Positions 49,964 through 61,997 are shown, counted from the first letter of the stretch. The stretch: DNA of 64,000 nucleotides from Methylophilus sp. (GCA_033762415.1 JANRLR010000003.1:39009-103008); one strand, 5' to 3'. Numbers and translations are program-made. Notes: generated from the letters alone by a model not told the origin.

Positions 49964-51319
49964 CTAGACAGCTACGCGTTTCACTACATCAGCAATGGCT
50001 TCAGCTAACGTTTGTACCTGACGTTGATCCTGACCTTCAACCATCACTCTAATTTTGGGCTCTGTGCCAGAAGCACGCAATAAAACACGTCCTTTACCGT
50101 TAAGCTCAGCTTCTGCTTTTTTAACTGCAGATTGAATATCGCCAGTCATTAAATCGAGCTTTTGCTGCGTAGTCACATTGATCAGCACTTGCGGATAAAG
50201 TACTAAACCTGCGCCTAGCTCAGCTAAAGTTTTACCACTTTCACGTATAGACTGTAAGACCTGCAACGCGGCAATAATAGCATCGCCACTGGTATGCTTG
50301 TCCAGTGTGAGGATATGGCCTGAATTCTCGCCCCCTAATTTCCAGTTCTTCTCATTCAAAAGCTCAAGCACATAACGGTCACCCACTTTGGCGCGTGCAA
50401 ATGGTATTTGATGCTGCTGCAATGCGTGCTCCAAAGCAAGATTAGTCATTAAAGTGCCAGCAACGCCACCCTTAAGCTTACCTTTTGCATACAACCCCAA
50501 TGCAATGATATAGAGCAGTTGGTCACCATCCAATAAATGACCATGACTATCTACCATCATAACGCGGTCGCCATCACCATCGAACGCAATGCCCAAATCC
50601 GCTTGTTGATCCACCACCGCTTTTTGCAGGGCTTGAGGATAGGTAGAGCCTACCTTTTCATTAATATTGAGCCCATCAGGCTTATTGCCAATAGCTGTGA
50701 CTTCTGCACCCAGCTCATGAAATACATCAGGCGCTACGTGATAGGTGGCACCATGTGCGCAATCTAATACTATTTTCAGACCACGTAAGTCTAGATGGTT
50801 AGGAAAGGTACTTTTACAAAACTCTACGTAACGGCCAGCCGCATCGTCTACACGCCGCGCTTTACCTAAATGTGCAGACTCCATTACCTGTATCGGCTGC
50901 TCTAATGCTTCTTCAATCGCCAACTCTAATTCGTCAGGTAACTTTGCGCCCTGACTTGAGAAAAATTTGATACCGTTGTCATAGTACGGATTATGAGAAG
51001 CGGAGATCACAATCCCTGCTTGTGCACGTAAAGCACGTGTTAAATAAGCAATGGCTGGCGTAGGCATGGGCCCAGTTAACAACACATCCACACCTGCCGC
51101 AGACAACCCAGCTTCCAAAGCGGCTTCCAGCATGTATCCAGAAATCCGTGTGTCTTTTCCAATCAGCACCGTCGGACGCGTTCCCTTGGGCAAGCTATCA
51201 CCATGTATCGCAAGGACGCGGCCAGCCGCATACCCCAAGCGCATCACAAAATCTGGCGTAATGGTTGACTCTCCAACACGCCCGCGAATACCATCTGTTC
51301 CAAAATATTTCTTACTCAT
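49964..51319 (-). CDS. glmM: Phosphoglucosamine mutase
   Basis: [30 protein letters not shown]. Confidence 0.97.
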   Translation of the reverse strand: MSKKYFGTDGIRGRVGESTITPDFVMRLGYAAGRVLAIHGDSLPKGTRPTVLIGKDTRISGYMLEAALEAGLSAAGVDVLLTGPMPTPAIAYLTRALRAQAGIVISASHNPYYDNGIKFFSSQGAKLPDELELAIEEALEQPIQVMESAHLGKARRVDDAAGRYVEFCKSTFPNHLDLRGLKIVLDCAHGATYHVAPDVFHELGAEVTAIGNKPDGLNINEKVGSTYPQALQKAVVDQQADLGIAFDGDGDRVMMVDSHGHLLDGDQLLYIIALGLYAKGKLKGGVAGTLMTNLALEHALQQHQIPFARAKVGDRYVLELLNEKNWKLGGENSGHILTLDKHTSGDAIIAALQVLQSIRESGKTLAELGAGLVLYPQVLINVTTQQKLDLMTGDIQSAVKKAEAELNGKGRVLLRASGTEPKIRVMVEGQDQRQVQTLAEAIADVVKRVAV

Positions 51320-51333
51320 TATTTAAACCCAAA

Positions 51334-52164
51334 TTAAAATGATTCTATCGCCATGACCACTTTTAAAGCTTCCACAGTTGCCCTGACATCGTGTACCCGC
51401 ACAATTCTGGCTCCTCTCATTACCGCAATCACTGCTGCCGCGACGCTCGCGTATAGCCTAGCATCCACATCATGACCCGTGACCTGACCCAATACAGACT
51501 TCCGTGACAATCCTACCAGTAGCGGCAGTCCTAAATCTTGAAACGAAGCCAGTTGCTGAATCAAGGTAATATTATGTGCACGCGTTTTTCCAAAGCCAAA
51601 ACCTGGATCCAGAATGATGCGATTGGGCGCAATACCAAACTGCTCACAGGCTGACACGCGTTGCATTAAAAATGCTTTAACCTCTGCAACAACATCCTGA
51701 TATTCAGGATTTATTTGCATAGTTTGTGGTGTACCTTGCATATGCATTAGACAGACACCTGCAGATGATTTTGCCAATGTTTCGATAGCACCTACTTCTT
51801 GCAGCGCACGTACATCATTCACAATACTTGCACCAGCATCAATCGCTGCCTGCATCACCGCTGGCTTATAGGTATCGATTGAGATTGGAATATTAATCTG
51901 ACTCACTAATGCCTCAATCACAGGCAATATGCGATCTAACTCTTCTTGTGATGAAACAGGCGTTGCATTGGGTCGCGTAGATTCGCCTCCGATATCCAGA
52001 ATATCCGCACCTTCTTCCACCAGCTTTAGTCCATGCGCAACGGCCTGTGCAGTTTGTGTGTACTTTCCACCATCTGAGAATGAATCAGGCGTGACATTTA
52101 CAATACCCATCACACGCGGTATGTTTAGATCTAAATTAAAATTTCCACAATGCACTATCATCAA
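51334..52164 (-). CDS. folP: Dihydropteroate synthase
   Basis: NVTPDSFSDGG, GGESTRP, DPGFGFGK, SRKS, RVHDV. Confidence 0.97.
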   Translation of the reverse strand: MMIVHCGNFNLDLNIPRVMGIVNVTPDSFSDGGKYTQTAQAVAHGLKLVEEGADILDIGGESTRPNATPVSSQEELDRILPVIEALVSQINIPISIDTYKPAVMQAAIDAGASIVNDVRALQEVGAIETLAKSSAGVCLMHMQGTPQTMQINPEYQDVVAEVKAFLMQRVSACEQFGIAPNRIILDPGFGFGKTRAHNITLIQQLASFQDLGLPLLVGLSRKSVLGQVTGHDVDARLYASVAAAVIAVMRGARIVRVHDVRATVEALKVVMAIESF

Positions 52165-52165
52165 T

Positions 52166-52196
52166 AAAAAAGGGCTGGTAATTGAGACCAGCCCTT
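52166..52196 (-). terminator. Terminator-like hairpin after ftsH
   Basis: Minus strand AAGGGCTGGT-CTCAATT-ACCAGCCCTT plus U-run. Confidence 0.7.
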
Positions 52197-52214
52197 ATTC
52201 TAACCTAAAAAGCC

Positions 52215-54104
52215 TTAATCGCTCTTGGCAGTTGGTTGAGGCGTTGGCTTTACTACCGTACCAGAACTACCGCCAGTTGTTGACTTAATAGGTGACTGGC
52301 GTGGTTTAGGCTCACGGACAGGCAAGCCTGCCATAATGTCATTGATCTGATCCGCATCGATGGTTTCAAACTCCATCAGCGCAGCAGTCATCGCCTCTAC
52401 CTTGTCACGATTATCTTCCAGCAACTTGCGTGCAATCGCATACTGCTCATCCAAAATACGACGAATTTCTGCATCAACCTTTTGCTGTGTAGCTTCTGAC
52501 ACTGTTTTAGAGCTCATGCTACCAAAAAACGAGTCCTGCTCACTTCCTGCATATACCATTGTGCCTAGCGCATCCGACATCCCAAACTTAGTGACCATAT
52601 CACGTGCCAGTTTAGTAGCACGCTCAAAGTCGTTAGATGCACCAGTTGACATTTGATGCATAAAGATTTCTTCAGCAATACGTCCGCCAAATAAAATTGA
52701 AATCTCTTCGAGCATCTTATCTTTGTAGTTGCTGATGCGGTCAAACTCTGGCAACTGCCATGTCAACCCTAGCGCCCAACCACGCGGCATAATGGTTACC
52801 TTATGTACCGGATCAGCCTTAGGTAGTAGCTTGGCGACCACAGCATGCCCAGATTCGTGATATGCGGTGTTGCGGCGCTCCTCTTCACGCATCACCATAG
52901 ACTTACGCTCTGGCCCCATAAAGATTTTATCTTTCGCATCTTCAAAGTCAGCCATATCCACAGTACGTTTATTGCGACGCGCTGCAAATAACGCAGCCTC
53001 ATTCACCAGATTCGCCAAATCAGCACCACTAAAGCCAGGGGTACCACGTGCAATAATATCGGCTTTCACATCAGGATCAATCGGCACTTTACGCATGTGC
53101 ACCATCAAAATCTGTTCACGCCCTTTAATGTCAGGTAAGCCAACCATTACTTGACGATCAAAACGACCAGGGCGCAATAAGGCTTTATCAAGCACATCGG
53201 CACGGTTTGTTGCAGCAATCACAATCACACCTGAATTGGCTTCAAAACCATCCATTTCTACTAACATTTGGTTAAGTGTCTGTTCACGCTCGTCGTTACC
53301 GCCACCTGTACCCGCGCCACGACTACGGCCGACTGCATCAATCTCATCAATAAAAATAATACAAGGTGAGTTTTTCTTGGCAGTCTCGAACATATCGCGC
53401 ACGCGCGCAGCACCGACGCCGACAAACATCTCCACGAAATCAGAACCAGAAATGGTAAAGAACGGCACTTTTGCTTCACCTGCAATCGCACGTGCAAGTA
53501 AAGTCTTACCTGTCCCTGGAGGCCCGACCATCAAAACCCCACGGGGGATACGCCCCCCCAATTTTTGAAACTTACCTGGATCGCGCAAAAACTCAACTAA
53601 TTCAGTTACTTCTTCTTTGGCTTCATCGCAACCTGCAACATCTGCAAATGTGGTTTGATTTGAACTCTCGTCTAACTGACGCGCTTTACTTTTACCAAAG
53701 GAGAATGGACCGCCGCCTTTGCCGCCGCCTTGCATCTGACGCATGAAGAAAATCCACACGCCAATTAACAATATCATCGGGAACCATGACACAAATATAC
53801 TCATTAGTACTGACTCTTGTTCTTCTGGCTTCGCTTGCACCACAACGTGATTTTTTAGCAAATCAGAAACAAGCCAAGGATCATTAGGCGCATAGGTGTT
53901 AAATGTTTTATTGTCTTGCGTAGTCACACGCAGCACACGCCCGTCAATTTGTACTTTTGCAACGTGGCCATCTTTAACCTGCTGCATGAATTGCGAGTAA
54001 TCGACCTGACCCTCTGCTTTACTCGAGCTATCAAATTGCTTAAATACAAGCAATGATACTAATATGATAGCAATCCAAATTGCTAATTGTTTGATATTGT
54101 TCAA
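52215..54104 (-). CDS. ftsH: ATP-dependent zinc metalloprotease FtsH
   Basis: [23 protein letters not shown]. Confidence 0.98.
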   Translation of the reverse strand: MNNIKQLAIWIAIILVSLLVFKQFDSSSKAEGQVDYSQFMQQVKDGHVAKVQIDGRVLRVTTQDNKTFNTYAPNDPWLVSDLLKNHVVVQAKPEEQESVLMSIFVSWFPMILLIGVWIFFMRQMQGGGKGGGPFSFGKSKARQLDESSNQTTFADVAGCDEAKEEVTELVEFLRDPGKFQKLGGRIPRGVLMVGPPGTGKTLLARAIAGEAKVPFFTISGSDFVEMFVGVGAARVRDMFETAKKNSPCIIFIDEIDAVGRSRGAGTGGGNDEREQTLNQMLVEMDGFEANSGVIVIAATNRADVLDKALLRPGRFDRQVMVGLPDIKGREQILMVHMRKVPIDPDVKADIIARGTPGFSGADLANLVNEAALFAARRNKRTVDMADFEDAKDKIFMGPERKSMVMREEERRNTAYHESGHAVVAKLLPKADPVHKVTIMPRGWALGLTWQLPEFDRISNYKDKMLEEISILFGGRIAEEIFMHQMSTGASNDFERATKLARDMVTKFGMSDALGTMVYAGSEQDSFFGSMSSKTVSEATQQKVDAEIRRILDEQYAIARKLLEDNRDKVEAMTAALMEFETIDADQINDIMAGLPVREPKPRQSPIKSTTGGSSGTVVKPTPQPTAKSD

Positions 54105-54191
54105 TTACGTTCCTTCACCTAAATCCTAGGGATGATTAATTTTATACCTTTTTAACGGCAATATGTAATACAACTATAGCGGAACTACACA

Positions 54192-54809
54192 TTATTTACG
54201 TTTCAAACCCAATAAATACACCTCACTACTGCGATCACGCGAGGCTTTGGGTTTACGTGTCACGACCTTCTCGAAATGTAAGCGCATCGTTTTGACGATT
54301 TCATCAAACCCACTACCGATGAACACTTTGACCAGAAAATTACCCCCTGGTTTCAACCAAACCTGACTAAATTCTAGCGCCAGCTCAGTTAAGTATGCAG
54401 CGCCTGCTTGATCCACATCTTTTACACCGCTTATATTGGGTGCCATATCTGCAATTACAAGGTCAACCAGCTTATTATTTAATTTTTCTTCTAACTGCTT
54501 AAGTACGGCCTCTTCTCTAAAATCCCCTTGAATAAACTCCACATGAGGAATACCCTGCATCTCTAATATGTCTAAGGCAATCACACGTCCCTGACCTTTT
54601 AAACGCTGCACTACTACTTGCGACCAACTCCCTGGCGTAGAACCTAAATCTACGATGGTCATCCCTGGCTTAATGAGTTTATCTTTATCGTCTATCTCAA
54701 TCAGCTTATATGCTGCGCGCGCACGATACCCTTCCTTTTGTGCAAGTTTAACGTAAGGGTCATTTAAATGCTCTTGCATCCAAGCTTTACTGGTTCTGGT
54801 GGGTTTCAT
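54192..54809 (-). CDS. rlmE: 23S rRNA Um2552 methyltransferase
   Basis: YRARAAYKL, DLGSTPGSW, KPKASR. Confidence 0.96.
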   Translation of the reverse strand: MKPTRTSKAWMQEHLNDPYVKLAQKEGYRARAAYKLIEIDDKDKLIKPGMTIVDLGSTPGSWSQVVVQRLKGQGRVIALDILEMQGIPHVEFIQGDFREEAVLKQLEEKLNNKLVDLVIADMAPNISGVKDVDQAGAAYLTELALEFSQVWLKPGGNFLVKVFIGSGFDEIVKTMRLHFEKVVTRKPKASRDRSSEVYLLGLKRK

Positions 54810-54945
54810 ACGTGAAGAAGTGAATACTTGATAAGCTATTTTACACTTTAATTAGATTATTAGGTCGCCCTGCCTTCACGCACATGCATGCTGGCAGCGC
54901 CCAAATCTAAAGTCTAGTTAATTCATAATTGAATAATTTCAGAAT

Positions 54946-54981
54946 CATTGCGCCTTACGCGGGCATTGCGCCTTACGCGGG
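54946..54981. repeat. Perfect 18-bp tandem duplication CATTGCGCCTTACGCGGG x2 (REP-like remnant)
   Basis: Direct reading; GC-rich in an AT-rich spacer just before the low-GC ORF. Confidence 0.85.
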
Positions 54982-55008
54982 CTATGATCGCCCAATTCCG
55001 ATAGAATA

Positions 55009-55317
55009 GTGAAAATGAGAGGGATATTAATTTTTACATTGATAGTAATCATATTTAGTATGCTTTATCATCAAGCATGGATGTTTGCTTTTAAGAGTTT
55101 TCTTGGAGGTAAGAAACTCAATGATAATTTGCATGTACTAATGTTATATATAATTCCATTTTTAATAGTAATTTTTACTGGATTAAAGTTAGGATCGTTT
55201 AAATATACTAGTATTTGGAATAAATTTTTATTATCCTTTATGGCGGCTTTGTTACCACTAGTAGGACTACAGTTGCTTTTTTTAATATCTTGTATATTTG
55301 CCGAGAGCTGTCTTTAA
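55009..55317 (+). CDS. Low-GC hypothetical membrane protein (about three TMs)
   Basis: 102 aa; three sampled 60-nt lines are 20-30% GC; inserted between rlmE and yhbY. Confidence 0.6.
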   Translation: MKMRGILIFTLIVIIFSMLYHQAWMFAFKSFLGGKKLNDNLHVLMLYIIPFLIVIFTGLKLGSFKYTSIWNKFLLSFMAALLPLVGLQLLFLISCIFAESCL

Positions 55318-55417
55318 ATAAAATAATCTGGGTTAGCTCAGACCACGATTAATTTTCATCTTTGCTTTCCATTCACGTAATAAAAACCTGTGTATCGGTT
55401 TATGTTAAAATAGAACC

Positions 55418-55723
55418 ATGAAATTAACAACCAAACAAATTGCGCACTTACGTGGCCTTGCGCACAGCTTAAACCCTGTCGTGATGATAGGCAATCAGGG
55501 CTTGACAGAAAATGTGCTCAAAGAAATTGATTTAAATTTGAATGCGCATGAGCTCATTAAAGTGCAAGTTGCTGGAGATGATAGAGATGCCAGAAAAGCA
55601 ATGTACGCAGAAATATGTGATAAAACTAACGCTATTGCAGTACACCACATCGGCAAACAATTAGTATTTTATCGGGCGAGTGACTCTATTAAAGAATCAG
55701 CAAAGGTTGTGATTCCCAAGTAA
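55418..55723 (+). CDS. yhbY: CRM-domain RNA-binding protein YhbY
   Basis: LRGLAHSLNPVVMIG..G, HELIKV, IGKQLVFYR. Confidence 0.93.
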   Translation: MKLTTKQIAHLRGLAHSLNPVVMIGNQGLTENVLKEIDLNLNAHELIKVQVAGDDRDARKAMYAEICDKTNAIAVHHIGKQLVFYRASDSIKESAKVVIPK

Positions 55724-55738
55724 TCTAAAATGTGTAAT

Positions 55739-56176
55739 CTAACGCACCCTAAGCACCAACACAAAACCTAACAGGCACTCAATTACATAGGCAATGCTGG
55801 CCACGCCGTGCCAAGTGTTAAATCGATTGGCAAACACACTATGCATGACATCATTAGGTAATGCGTCCGTTTTCATCTGCGCCAGCAAGGGCTGAATACC
55901 AAAATGCCCAGCGAGCACTAGCAACAACATCACCAACACCGCCCAAAAATACTGCTGTTTTAAGGCGTTGGTTCCAAACTCAAGCAGGCGCTGGATGAGC
56001 AGATAAAAGGCACTTACCATGCCGATGTAGCTCATCACGGTAAACAAATGACCCGCGACATTTCCTGCAAGCTGCCTATCTTGTAATGTATTAAATAATA
56101 TATACGCGCTGAGCCCTGTCATCCAAAGCCCACCCACCCACAGGGTAATGATAATTAGCGTGAATTTGCGTGACAT
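55739..56176 (-). CDS. DUF4149 membrane protein
   Basis: LWVGGLW...DRQLAG.VAG...F..WHG.AS; conserved neighbour of greA in betaproteobacteria. Confidence 0.8.
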   Translation of the reverse strand: MSRKFTLIIITLWVGGLWMTGLSAYILFNTLQDRQLAGNVAGHLFTVMSYIGMVSAFYLLIQRLLEFGTNALKQQYFWAVLVMLLLVLAGHFGIQPLLAQMKTDALPNDVMHSVFANRFNTWHGVASIAYVIECLLGFVLVLRVR

Positions 56177-56177
56177 A

Positions 56178-56660
56178 TTAAATGTACTGTACTTCTATAA
56201 TTTCGTACTCTTTAACACCACCTGGAGATTGCACCTCTGCCACATCTCCTTCTGATTTACCAATCAGACCACGTGCAATGGGCGAACTCACTGAAACTTT
56301 ACCATTTTTAATATCAGCTTCATCCTCACCCACAATTTGGTATGTTTTAATGTCGCCAGAATCTAAATCTTCAAATCGTACAGTCGCGCCAAATACCACA
56401 CGTCCTTCAGCATTCAGGGTTTTAGGATCAATAATCTGCAAATTAGAAAGTTTACCTTCGAGCTCTGCAATGCGACCCTCAATAAAACTTTGGCGCTCTT
56501 TGGCTGATTCGTATTCTGCATTTTCGGACAGATCACCTTGCGCGCGCGCTTCAGCTATCGCTTGAATAATGTTGGGTCTATCTACAGAGCGCAAACGTTG
56601 CAGCTCCTCTTTCATTAATTCAGCACCAATAACTGTCACTGGAATTTGGTTTACCGCCAT
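56178..56660 (-). CDS. greA: Transcription elongation factor GreA
   Basis: [23 protein letters not shown]. Confidence 0.97.
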   Translation of the reverse strand: MAVNQIPVTVIGAELMKEELQRLRSVDRPNIIQAIAEARAQGDLSENAEYESAKERQSFIEGRIAELEGKLSNLQIIDPKTLNAEGRVVFGATVRFEDLDSGDIKTYQIVGEDEADIKNGKVSVSSPIARGLIGKSEGDVAEVQSPGGVKEYEIIEVQYI

Positions 56661-56680
56661 AACGCTACCTTTATCATCTT

Positions 56681-56716
56681 AAAAAAATAAACCACACTCA
56701 GCATAGAGCGTGGTTT
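56681..56716 (-). terminator. Terminator-like hairpin after carB
   Basis: Minus strand AAACCACGCTC-TATGCT-GAGTGTGGTTT plus U-run. Confidence 0.6.
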
Positions 56717-56735
56717 GAACAGTATTTAGTGTATT

Positions 56736-59700
56736 TTATACCAGCTTTTTATGCAAGTCCTGTATCGATTCCACATTCAACTCCTGCATATAAGTCATAC
56801 CGATACATGCCGCTTTTGCACCTGCTAATGTTGTGTAATAAGTGACTTTATTTTGTAACGCGCTGCGGCGGATTTCATAAGAATCTGCTACCGCTTTTTT
56901 GTCTTCTGTGACGTTGACAATAAAATTAATTTCATTGTTTTTAATCATATCCACAATATGTGGGCGACCCTCTGCGACTTTATTCACAGGCGTTACTGTC
57001 AGGCCATTTTCAGCCAAGGCTCTAGCGGTACCCTTGGTTGCCACTAAAGTAAAGCCTAAGCTAGCTAAATCTCTCGCAATATCAACCACTTTTTGGTGGT
57101 CTTCGTTACGTACACTAATGAAGGCTTTACCCCCTTTAGGAATCACAACCGAAGCCCCTAGTTGCGACTTCACAAAAGCTTCCGCGAATGTCGCACCCAC
57201 CCCCATGACTTCCCCTGTCGATTTCATCTCTGGGCCTAAAATCGTATCCACACCAGGGAATTTGATAAATGGGAACACCGCCTCTTTTACAGAATAATAG
57301 GGTGGAATCACTTCTTTAGTCATGCCTTGAGCTTTAAGGGTTTGACCCGCCATACAACGCGCTGCAATTTTTGCCAGTTGCAAACCACATGCTTTTGACA
57401 CAAAGGGTACGGTACGCGATGCACGAGGGTTGACCTCTAACACATAAACTGTTTCACCTTGAATTGCAAACTGGACATTCATTAAGCCCTTTACACCCAA
57501 GGCCATAGCCATCTGCACGGTTTGACGACGCAGCTCATCTTGTAACGCTGCGCTTAAACTATAAGGCGGCAATGAGCAAGCTGAATCCCCAGAGTGCACA
57601 CCAGCCTGTTCTACGTGCTGCATAATGCCGCCGATAAGCACCTCTTCACCATCACTGATGGCATCTACGTCAATTTCCAGCGCATCATTTAGGAATCGAT
57701 CCAGCAATACTGGCGAATCATTTGACACTTTAACGGCTTCACGCATATAGCGTTCAAGCTGACTTTGCTCATGCACAATTTCCATGGCGCGCCCACCCAA
57801 TACATAACTTGGACGAACGACGAGCGGATAACCAATCTCTTCCGCCAAACGAATCGCCTCATCAGGTGCGCGTGCCGTTCTGTTGGGAGGCTGCTTCAAA
57901 CCTAATGTCTGTAGCATTTTTTGAAAACGTTCGCGATCTTCAGCTCGGTCGATCGCATCTGGTGTGGTACCAATAATGGGCACCCCTGCTTTTTCTAAGC
58001 CGCGCGCCAATTTTAGAGGGGTTTGACCGCCATACTGGACGATCACACCGAAAGGCTTCTCAATATTGACGATTTCTAACACATCTTCAAGCGTGACTGG
58101 TTCAAAGTATAATCTGTCTGAGGTGTCATAATCTGTCGAAACCGTCTCTGGATTGCAATTGACCATGATGGTTTCATAACCATCGTCACGCATCGCAAAT
58201 GCGGCATGCACGCAGCAATAATCAAACTCTATTCCTTGACCAATACGGTTTGGCCCGCCACCCAGCACCATGATTTTTTTGTTATTGGTAGGCTGTGCTT
58301 CGCACTCTTCTTCGTAAGTGGAATACATATAAGCAGTATTCGTCGCGAACTCTGCCGCACAGGTATCTACGCGCTTGTAAACGGGGCGCACATTGAGCGC
58401 TTGCCGATACGCGCGCACCGCATGCTGATCAGTATCAAGCAAATGCGCCAAACGTCGATCGGAAAACCCGCGACGCTTTAATTGATACAAAGCCTCTTTA
58501 TCAAGATCTGCAATGTGTTTGCCTTTCAGTGCATGCTCGCGATCAATAATGTCTTTAATTTGCGCCAGAAACCAAGGGTCTATCTTCGTAATATCAAATA
58601 CTTGCGCTATGGTCATGCCAATTCTAAAAGCGTCTGCCACATACCATATACGTTCTGGCCCTGGCTCACCCATTTCTTTTGCAATGCGATCGGCATCCGT
58701 AGTAATGGTATCCAATCCATCTACGCCAACTTCTAAGCCACGTAACGCTTTTTGGAAAGATTCCTGAAAGGTGCGACCAATTGCCATGACCTCACCGACA
58801 GATTTCATTTGTGTCGTCAAACGGCTGTCCGCTTGCGGGAACTTCTCAAATGCAAATCTTGGTATTTTAGTTACAACGTAATCAATAGAAGGCTCAAAGC
58901 TTGCAGGGGTCGCTCCGCCCGTAATTTCATTACGCAATTCGTCTAAGGTATAGCCTACTGCTAACTTGGCTGCTACTTTGGCAATAGGAAAACCTGTCGC
59001 TTTAGAGGCCAATGCAGATGAACGCGACACGCGCGGATTCATCTCAATGACAATCATGCGACCATCTTCTGGATTAATGGCAAACTGTACGTTAGAACCA
59101 CCTGTATCCACACCAATTTCACGCAGTACCGCCAGCGAGGCGTTACGCATAATCTGGTATTCTTTATCAGTGAGTGTTTGCGCTGGTGCCACAGTAATTG
59201 AGTCACCCGTATGCACACCCATCGGGTCTAAGTTTTCAATGGAGCAGATAATAATGCAGTTATCTGCTTTATCACGCACCACTTCCATCTCATACTCTTT
59301 CCAGCCGAGCATAGATTCTTCAATCAACAACTCTTTGGTAGGAGATGCATCTAAACCACGTTCACAAATCGTAATAAATTCTTCACGATTATAAGCAATA
59401 CCGCCGCCACTTCCACCCATGGTAAATGAAGGGCGGATAATGGCAGGATAACCAATATTCGCCTGCACTTGTAGCGCCTCTTCCATACTGTGTGCAATAG
59501 CAGATTTAGCAGAACCCAAGCCAATTTTAGTCATGGCTTCTTTAAATTTTTGACGGTCTTCCGCTTTATCAATGGCCTCTTTTGAAGCACCAATCAGCTC
59601 CACGTTGTACTTTTTCAGCACACCATGCTTGTCCAAATCTAGCGCACAATTTAACGCGGTTTGTCCGCCCATGGTAGGGAGTAATGCATCTGGTTTTTCT

Positions 59701-59939
59701 TTGGCGATAATTTTCTCTACCACTTGCCAAGTAATGGGTTCGATATAAGTCGCATCCGCCATCTCAGGGTCTGTCATGATCGTAGCTGGGTTAGAGTTTA
59801 CCAAAATGACACGGTAACCTTCTTCACGCAACGCTTTACATGCCTGCGCCCCAGAATAATCAAACTCACAGGCTTGACCAATGACTATCGGACCGGCGCC
59901 GATGATGAGGATACTTTTAATGTCGGTTCTTTTAGCCAT
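56736..59939 (-). CDS. carB: Carbamoyl-phosphate synthase large subunit
   Basis: [17 protein letters not shown], duplicated ATP-grasp domains, MKSTGEVMG. Confidence 0.98.
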   Translation of the reverse strand: MAKRTDIKSILIIGAGPIVIGQACEFDYSGAQACKALREEGYRVILVNSNPATIMTDPEMADATYIEPITWQVVEKIIAKEKPDALLPTMGGQTALNCALDLDKHGVLKKYNVELIGASKEAIDKAEDRQKFKEAMTKIGLGSAKSAIAHSMEEALQVQANIGYPAIIRPSFTMGGSGGGIAYNREEFITICERGLDASPTKELLIEESMLGWKEYEMEVVRDKADNCIIICSIENLDPMGVHTGDSITVAPAQTLTDKEYQIMRNASLAVLREIGVDTGGSNVQFAINPEDGRMIVIEMNPRVSRSSALASKATGFPIAKVAAKLAVGYTLDELRNEITGGATPASFEPSIDYVVTKIPRFAFEKFPQADSRLTTQMKSVGEVMAIGRTFQESFQKALRGLEVGVDGLDTITTDADRIAKEMGEPGPERIWYVADAFRIGMTIAQVFDITKIDPWFLAQIKDIIDREHALKGKHIADLDKEALYQLKRRGFSDRRLAHLLDTDQHAVRAYRQALNVRPVYKRVDTCAAEFATNTAYMYSTYEEECEAQPTNNKKIMVLGGGPNRIGQGIEFDYCCVHAAFAMRDDGYETIMVNCNPETVSTDYDTSDRLYFEPVTLEDVLEIVNIEKPFGVIVQYGGQTPLKLARGLEKAGVPIIGTTPDAIDRAEDRERFQKMLQTLGLKQPPNRTARAPDEAIRLAEEIGYPLVVRPSYVLGGRAMEIVHEQSQLERYMREAVKVSNDSPVLLDRFLNDALEIDVDAISDGEEVLIGGIMQHVEQAGVHSGDSACSLPPYSLSAALQDELRRQTVQMAMALGVKGLMNVQFAIQGETVYVLEVNPRASRTVPFVSKACGLQLAKIAARCMAGQTLKAQGMTKEVIPPYYSVKEAVFPFIKFPGVDTILGPEMKSTGEVMGVGATFAEAFVKSQLGASVVIPKGGKAFISVRNEDHQKVVDIARDLASLGFTLVATKGTARALAENGLTVTPVNKVAEGRPHIVDMIKNNEINFIVNVTEDKKAVADSYEIRRSALQNKVTYYTTLAGAKAACIGMTYMQELNVESIQDLHKKLV

Positions 59940-61075
59940 TAACTGGATTTTCTTTCTTGCATTAAATCAATAAATTGGTCAAACAAATAACTCATTTCTG
60001 TCGGGCCAGGACTCGCTTCAGGATGACCTTGAAAGCTAAATGCAGGCTGATCGGTGCGCGCAATGCCTTGCAAGCTACCATCAAATAAAGAGACATGCGT
60101 CACTTTCACATTGGCTGGCAATGTATTAGGGTCTGCTGCAAATCCATGGTTCTGACTAGTGATGTATACGCGCTTGGTTTCTACGTCTTGTACGGGATGA
60201 TTGGCACCGTGATGACCAAATTTCATTTTCAATGTTTTAGCGCCAGAAGCCAGAGCCAATAACTGATGTCCTAAACAAATGCCAAATGTGGGAATGCCTG
60301 TCTCTACCAATGTTTCAATGGCTTTAATTGCATAATCGCATGGCTCTGGATCGCCAGGGCCATTTGATAAAAAAATGCCATCAGGCTTATAACCAAGTGC
60401 TTGCGCTGCAGTCGCTTGTGCTGGCAACACAGTGACTTTACAGCCACGCGATACCAGCATACGCAAAATATTACGCTTTACACCGTAATCGAATGCCACG
60501 ACATGAAATGCTGAGTCTTTAGGCGCTGCAAATCCTTTATCCAGGCTCCACTCCCCTTCTGCAAACTCATAAGGGCTTTTGCAACTAACTACCTTGGCTA
60601 AGTCCAACCCTGCTAGGCCTGAGAAACTTTTGGCTAACTGCAACGCTTTAGCTTCATCCACATCGCCCGCCATCACGCATCCTGTTTGTGCACCTTTTTC
60701 ACGCAAAATACGTGTAAGCTTACGCGTATCAATGTCAGCAATTGCCACAACATTATTAACAATTAAATATTCAGATAAGGTTTGATTGCTGCGGAAGTTG
60801 TTGTGCAGCAAAGGTAAATCGCGAATAATTAAACCAGATGCATACACGCTTCCTGACTCGACATCTTCAGCGTTAGTACCATAGTTGCCAATATGCGGGT
60901 AAGTCAGTGTCACAATCTGCTTGGTATAGGAAGGATCTGTCAAGATTTCCTGATAGCCTGTCATGGAGGTGTTAAACACCACCTCGCCCACGGTTTGACC
61001 AGAAGCACCGATAGAGATGCCTTTAAAAACAGTTCCATCTGCCAAGACTAAAATCGCTGGAATTGTTTTTGACAC
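59939..61075 (-). CDS. carA: Carbamoyl-phosphate synthase small subunit
   Basis: [26 protein letters not shown]; GTG start at 61075. Confidence 0.97.
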   Translation of the reverse strand: MSKTIPAILVLADGTVFKGISIGASGQTVGEVVFNTSMTGYQEILTDPSYTKQIVTLTYPHIGNYGTNAEDVESGSVYASGLIIRDLPLLHNNFRSNQTLSEYLIVNNVVAIADIDTRKLTRILREKGAQTGCVMAGDVDEAKALQLAKSFSGLAGLDLAKVVSCKSPYEFAEGEWSLDKGFAAPKDSAFHVVAFDYGVKRNILRMLVSRGCKVTVLPAQATAAQALGYKPDGIFLSNGPGDPEPCDYAIKAIETLVETGIPTFGICLGHQLLALASGAKTLKMKFGHHGANHPVQDVETKRVYITSQNHGFAADPNTLPANVKVTHVSLFDGSLQGIARTDQPAFSFQGHPEASPGPTEMSYLFDQFIDLMQERKSS

Positions 61076-61124
61076 CTTAAGCTCCTTAAATTTGATACGA
61101 CACACACCCATAAATAGATGTGCA

Positions 61125-61157
61125 AAACGGGAAAAGCTTTAATAACTCTTCCCGTTT
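61125..61157 (-). promoter_or_regulatory. carA 5' leader hairpin (possible attenuator)
   Basis: Minus strand AAACGGGAAGAG-TTATTAAAG-CTTTTCCCGTTT(T), immediately downstream of the predicted start site. Confidence 0.5.
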
Positions 61158-61169
61158 CAGAATTGATGC

Positions 61170-61198
61170 ATTATAGCCGAAATAACTTTAAGCCTCAA
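61170..61198 (-). promoter_or_regulatory. Sigma70 promoter of carA
   Basis: Minus strand TTGAGG-N17-TATAAT. Confidence 0.75.
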
Positions 61199-61307
61199 GC
61201 GCGCCCTATACAAGTGACCACATTAAACGCCACTACATGGATTCATGTACGCTTAAATTTCGTGCTTGTTGTAAAACGCTTGAAAGTTTAAATTTAAATA
61301 AAAATAT

Positions 61308-61321
61308 ACCTATTTGGGCTA
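61308..61321 (+). promoter_or_regulatory. Shared motif copy ACCTATTTGGGCTA
   Basis: About 70 bp upstream of PEP-CTERM gene 1. Confidence 0.45.
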
Positions 61322-61393
61322 TTGCAATCAAATTAAAATGACACGTATACTGTACACATGTATAGATACAATAACTTTCGAAAGGGATGCAAA

Positions 61394-61945
61394 ATGAAAT
61401 TACGTTTGTTAGCTGCATTACTCGCTACAGTCAGCTTTTCGGCTCAGGCGAACACACTTAACACGACTGTCGATGTTTCCACTAAAACAAAAACCGTACA
61501 GTATGTTAACTTTAATGTGAGTAGCGCAGGTGCTTTCAGCATCACAGCCACAAGGAATTTGGCAGATGTCACGCATTATCTCGCAGATCCTTTTGTTTAT
61601 TTATTTAAGGGGAGCTTGGACGCTGCCAACTTTCTGCAAGCCAACGATGACGCGAATGATTTTACTTGGAACTCTTTAATTAATCGTAACCTTGATTCTG
61701 GTAGCTATATCCTAGCCATTTCCTCATTTAACTTCACACTCAACAATGCATTAAACGGCACTAACTTGTGGGTGAACGATATTAATCATGGTCTTGTAGA
61801 TATTGGCATTAGCTCAAGAAATGGTATTGCCTCATTAGCAAATTCCACCGCCTCTGTGTCTGCTGTGCCAGTTCCTGCGGCAGCTTGGTTGTTTGGTACT
61901 GGATTACTGAGTCTAGCTGGTTTAAGAAAACGTAAATCTACTTAA
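61394..61945 (+). CDS. PEP-CTERM (VPLPA-type) surface protein 1 with a PPC/DVUA0089-like domain
   Basis: Signal peptide, DPFVYLF...NDD...L..GSYILAIS, C-terminal VPVPAAAWLFGTGLLSLAGLRKRK. Confidence 0.9.
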   Translation: MKLRLLAALLATVSFSAQANTLNTTVDVSTKTKTVQYVNFNVSSAGAFSITATRNLADVTHYLADPFVYLFKGSLDAANFLQANDDANDFTWNSLINRNLDSGSYILAISSFNFTLNNALNGTNLWVNDINHGLVDIGISSRNGIASLANSTASVSAVPVPAAAWLFGTGLLSLAGLRKRKST

Positions 61946-61968
61946 TTTAAGACTTAGCTTGAAAATAT

Positions 61969-61997
61969 AAAAACCGCATACATTATGCGGTTTTTTT
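61969..61997 (+). terminator. Intrinsic terminator
   Basis: AAAAACCGCATA-CAT-TATGCGGTTTTTTT. Confidence 0.85.

Noticed and set aside
55318-55350. Possible integron attC after the low-GC ORF
   Set aside because: GTTAGCT does not fit GTTRRRY, no matching RYYYAAC/L-box structure was found, and there is no integrase
998-60785. Dozens of 60-185 aa ORFs antisense to or overlapping recognised genes (e.g. 998-1258, 11760-12230, 20856-21413, 25895-26413, 40791-41363, 58966-59394)
   Set aside because: They are shadow frames of well-supported genes, with no RBS, motif or family resemblance
61347-61366. TACTGTACACATGTATAGAT as a LexA box upstream of PEP-CTERM gene 1
   Set aside because: The right half is TAG rather than CAG, there is no equivalent at the paralogue, and SOS control has no supporting context
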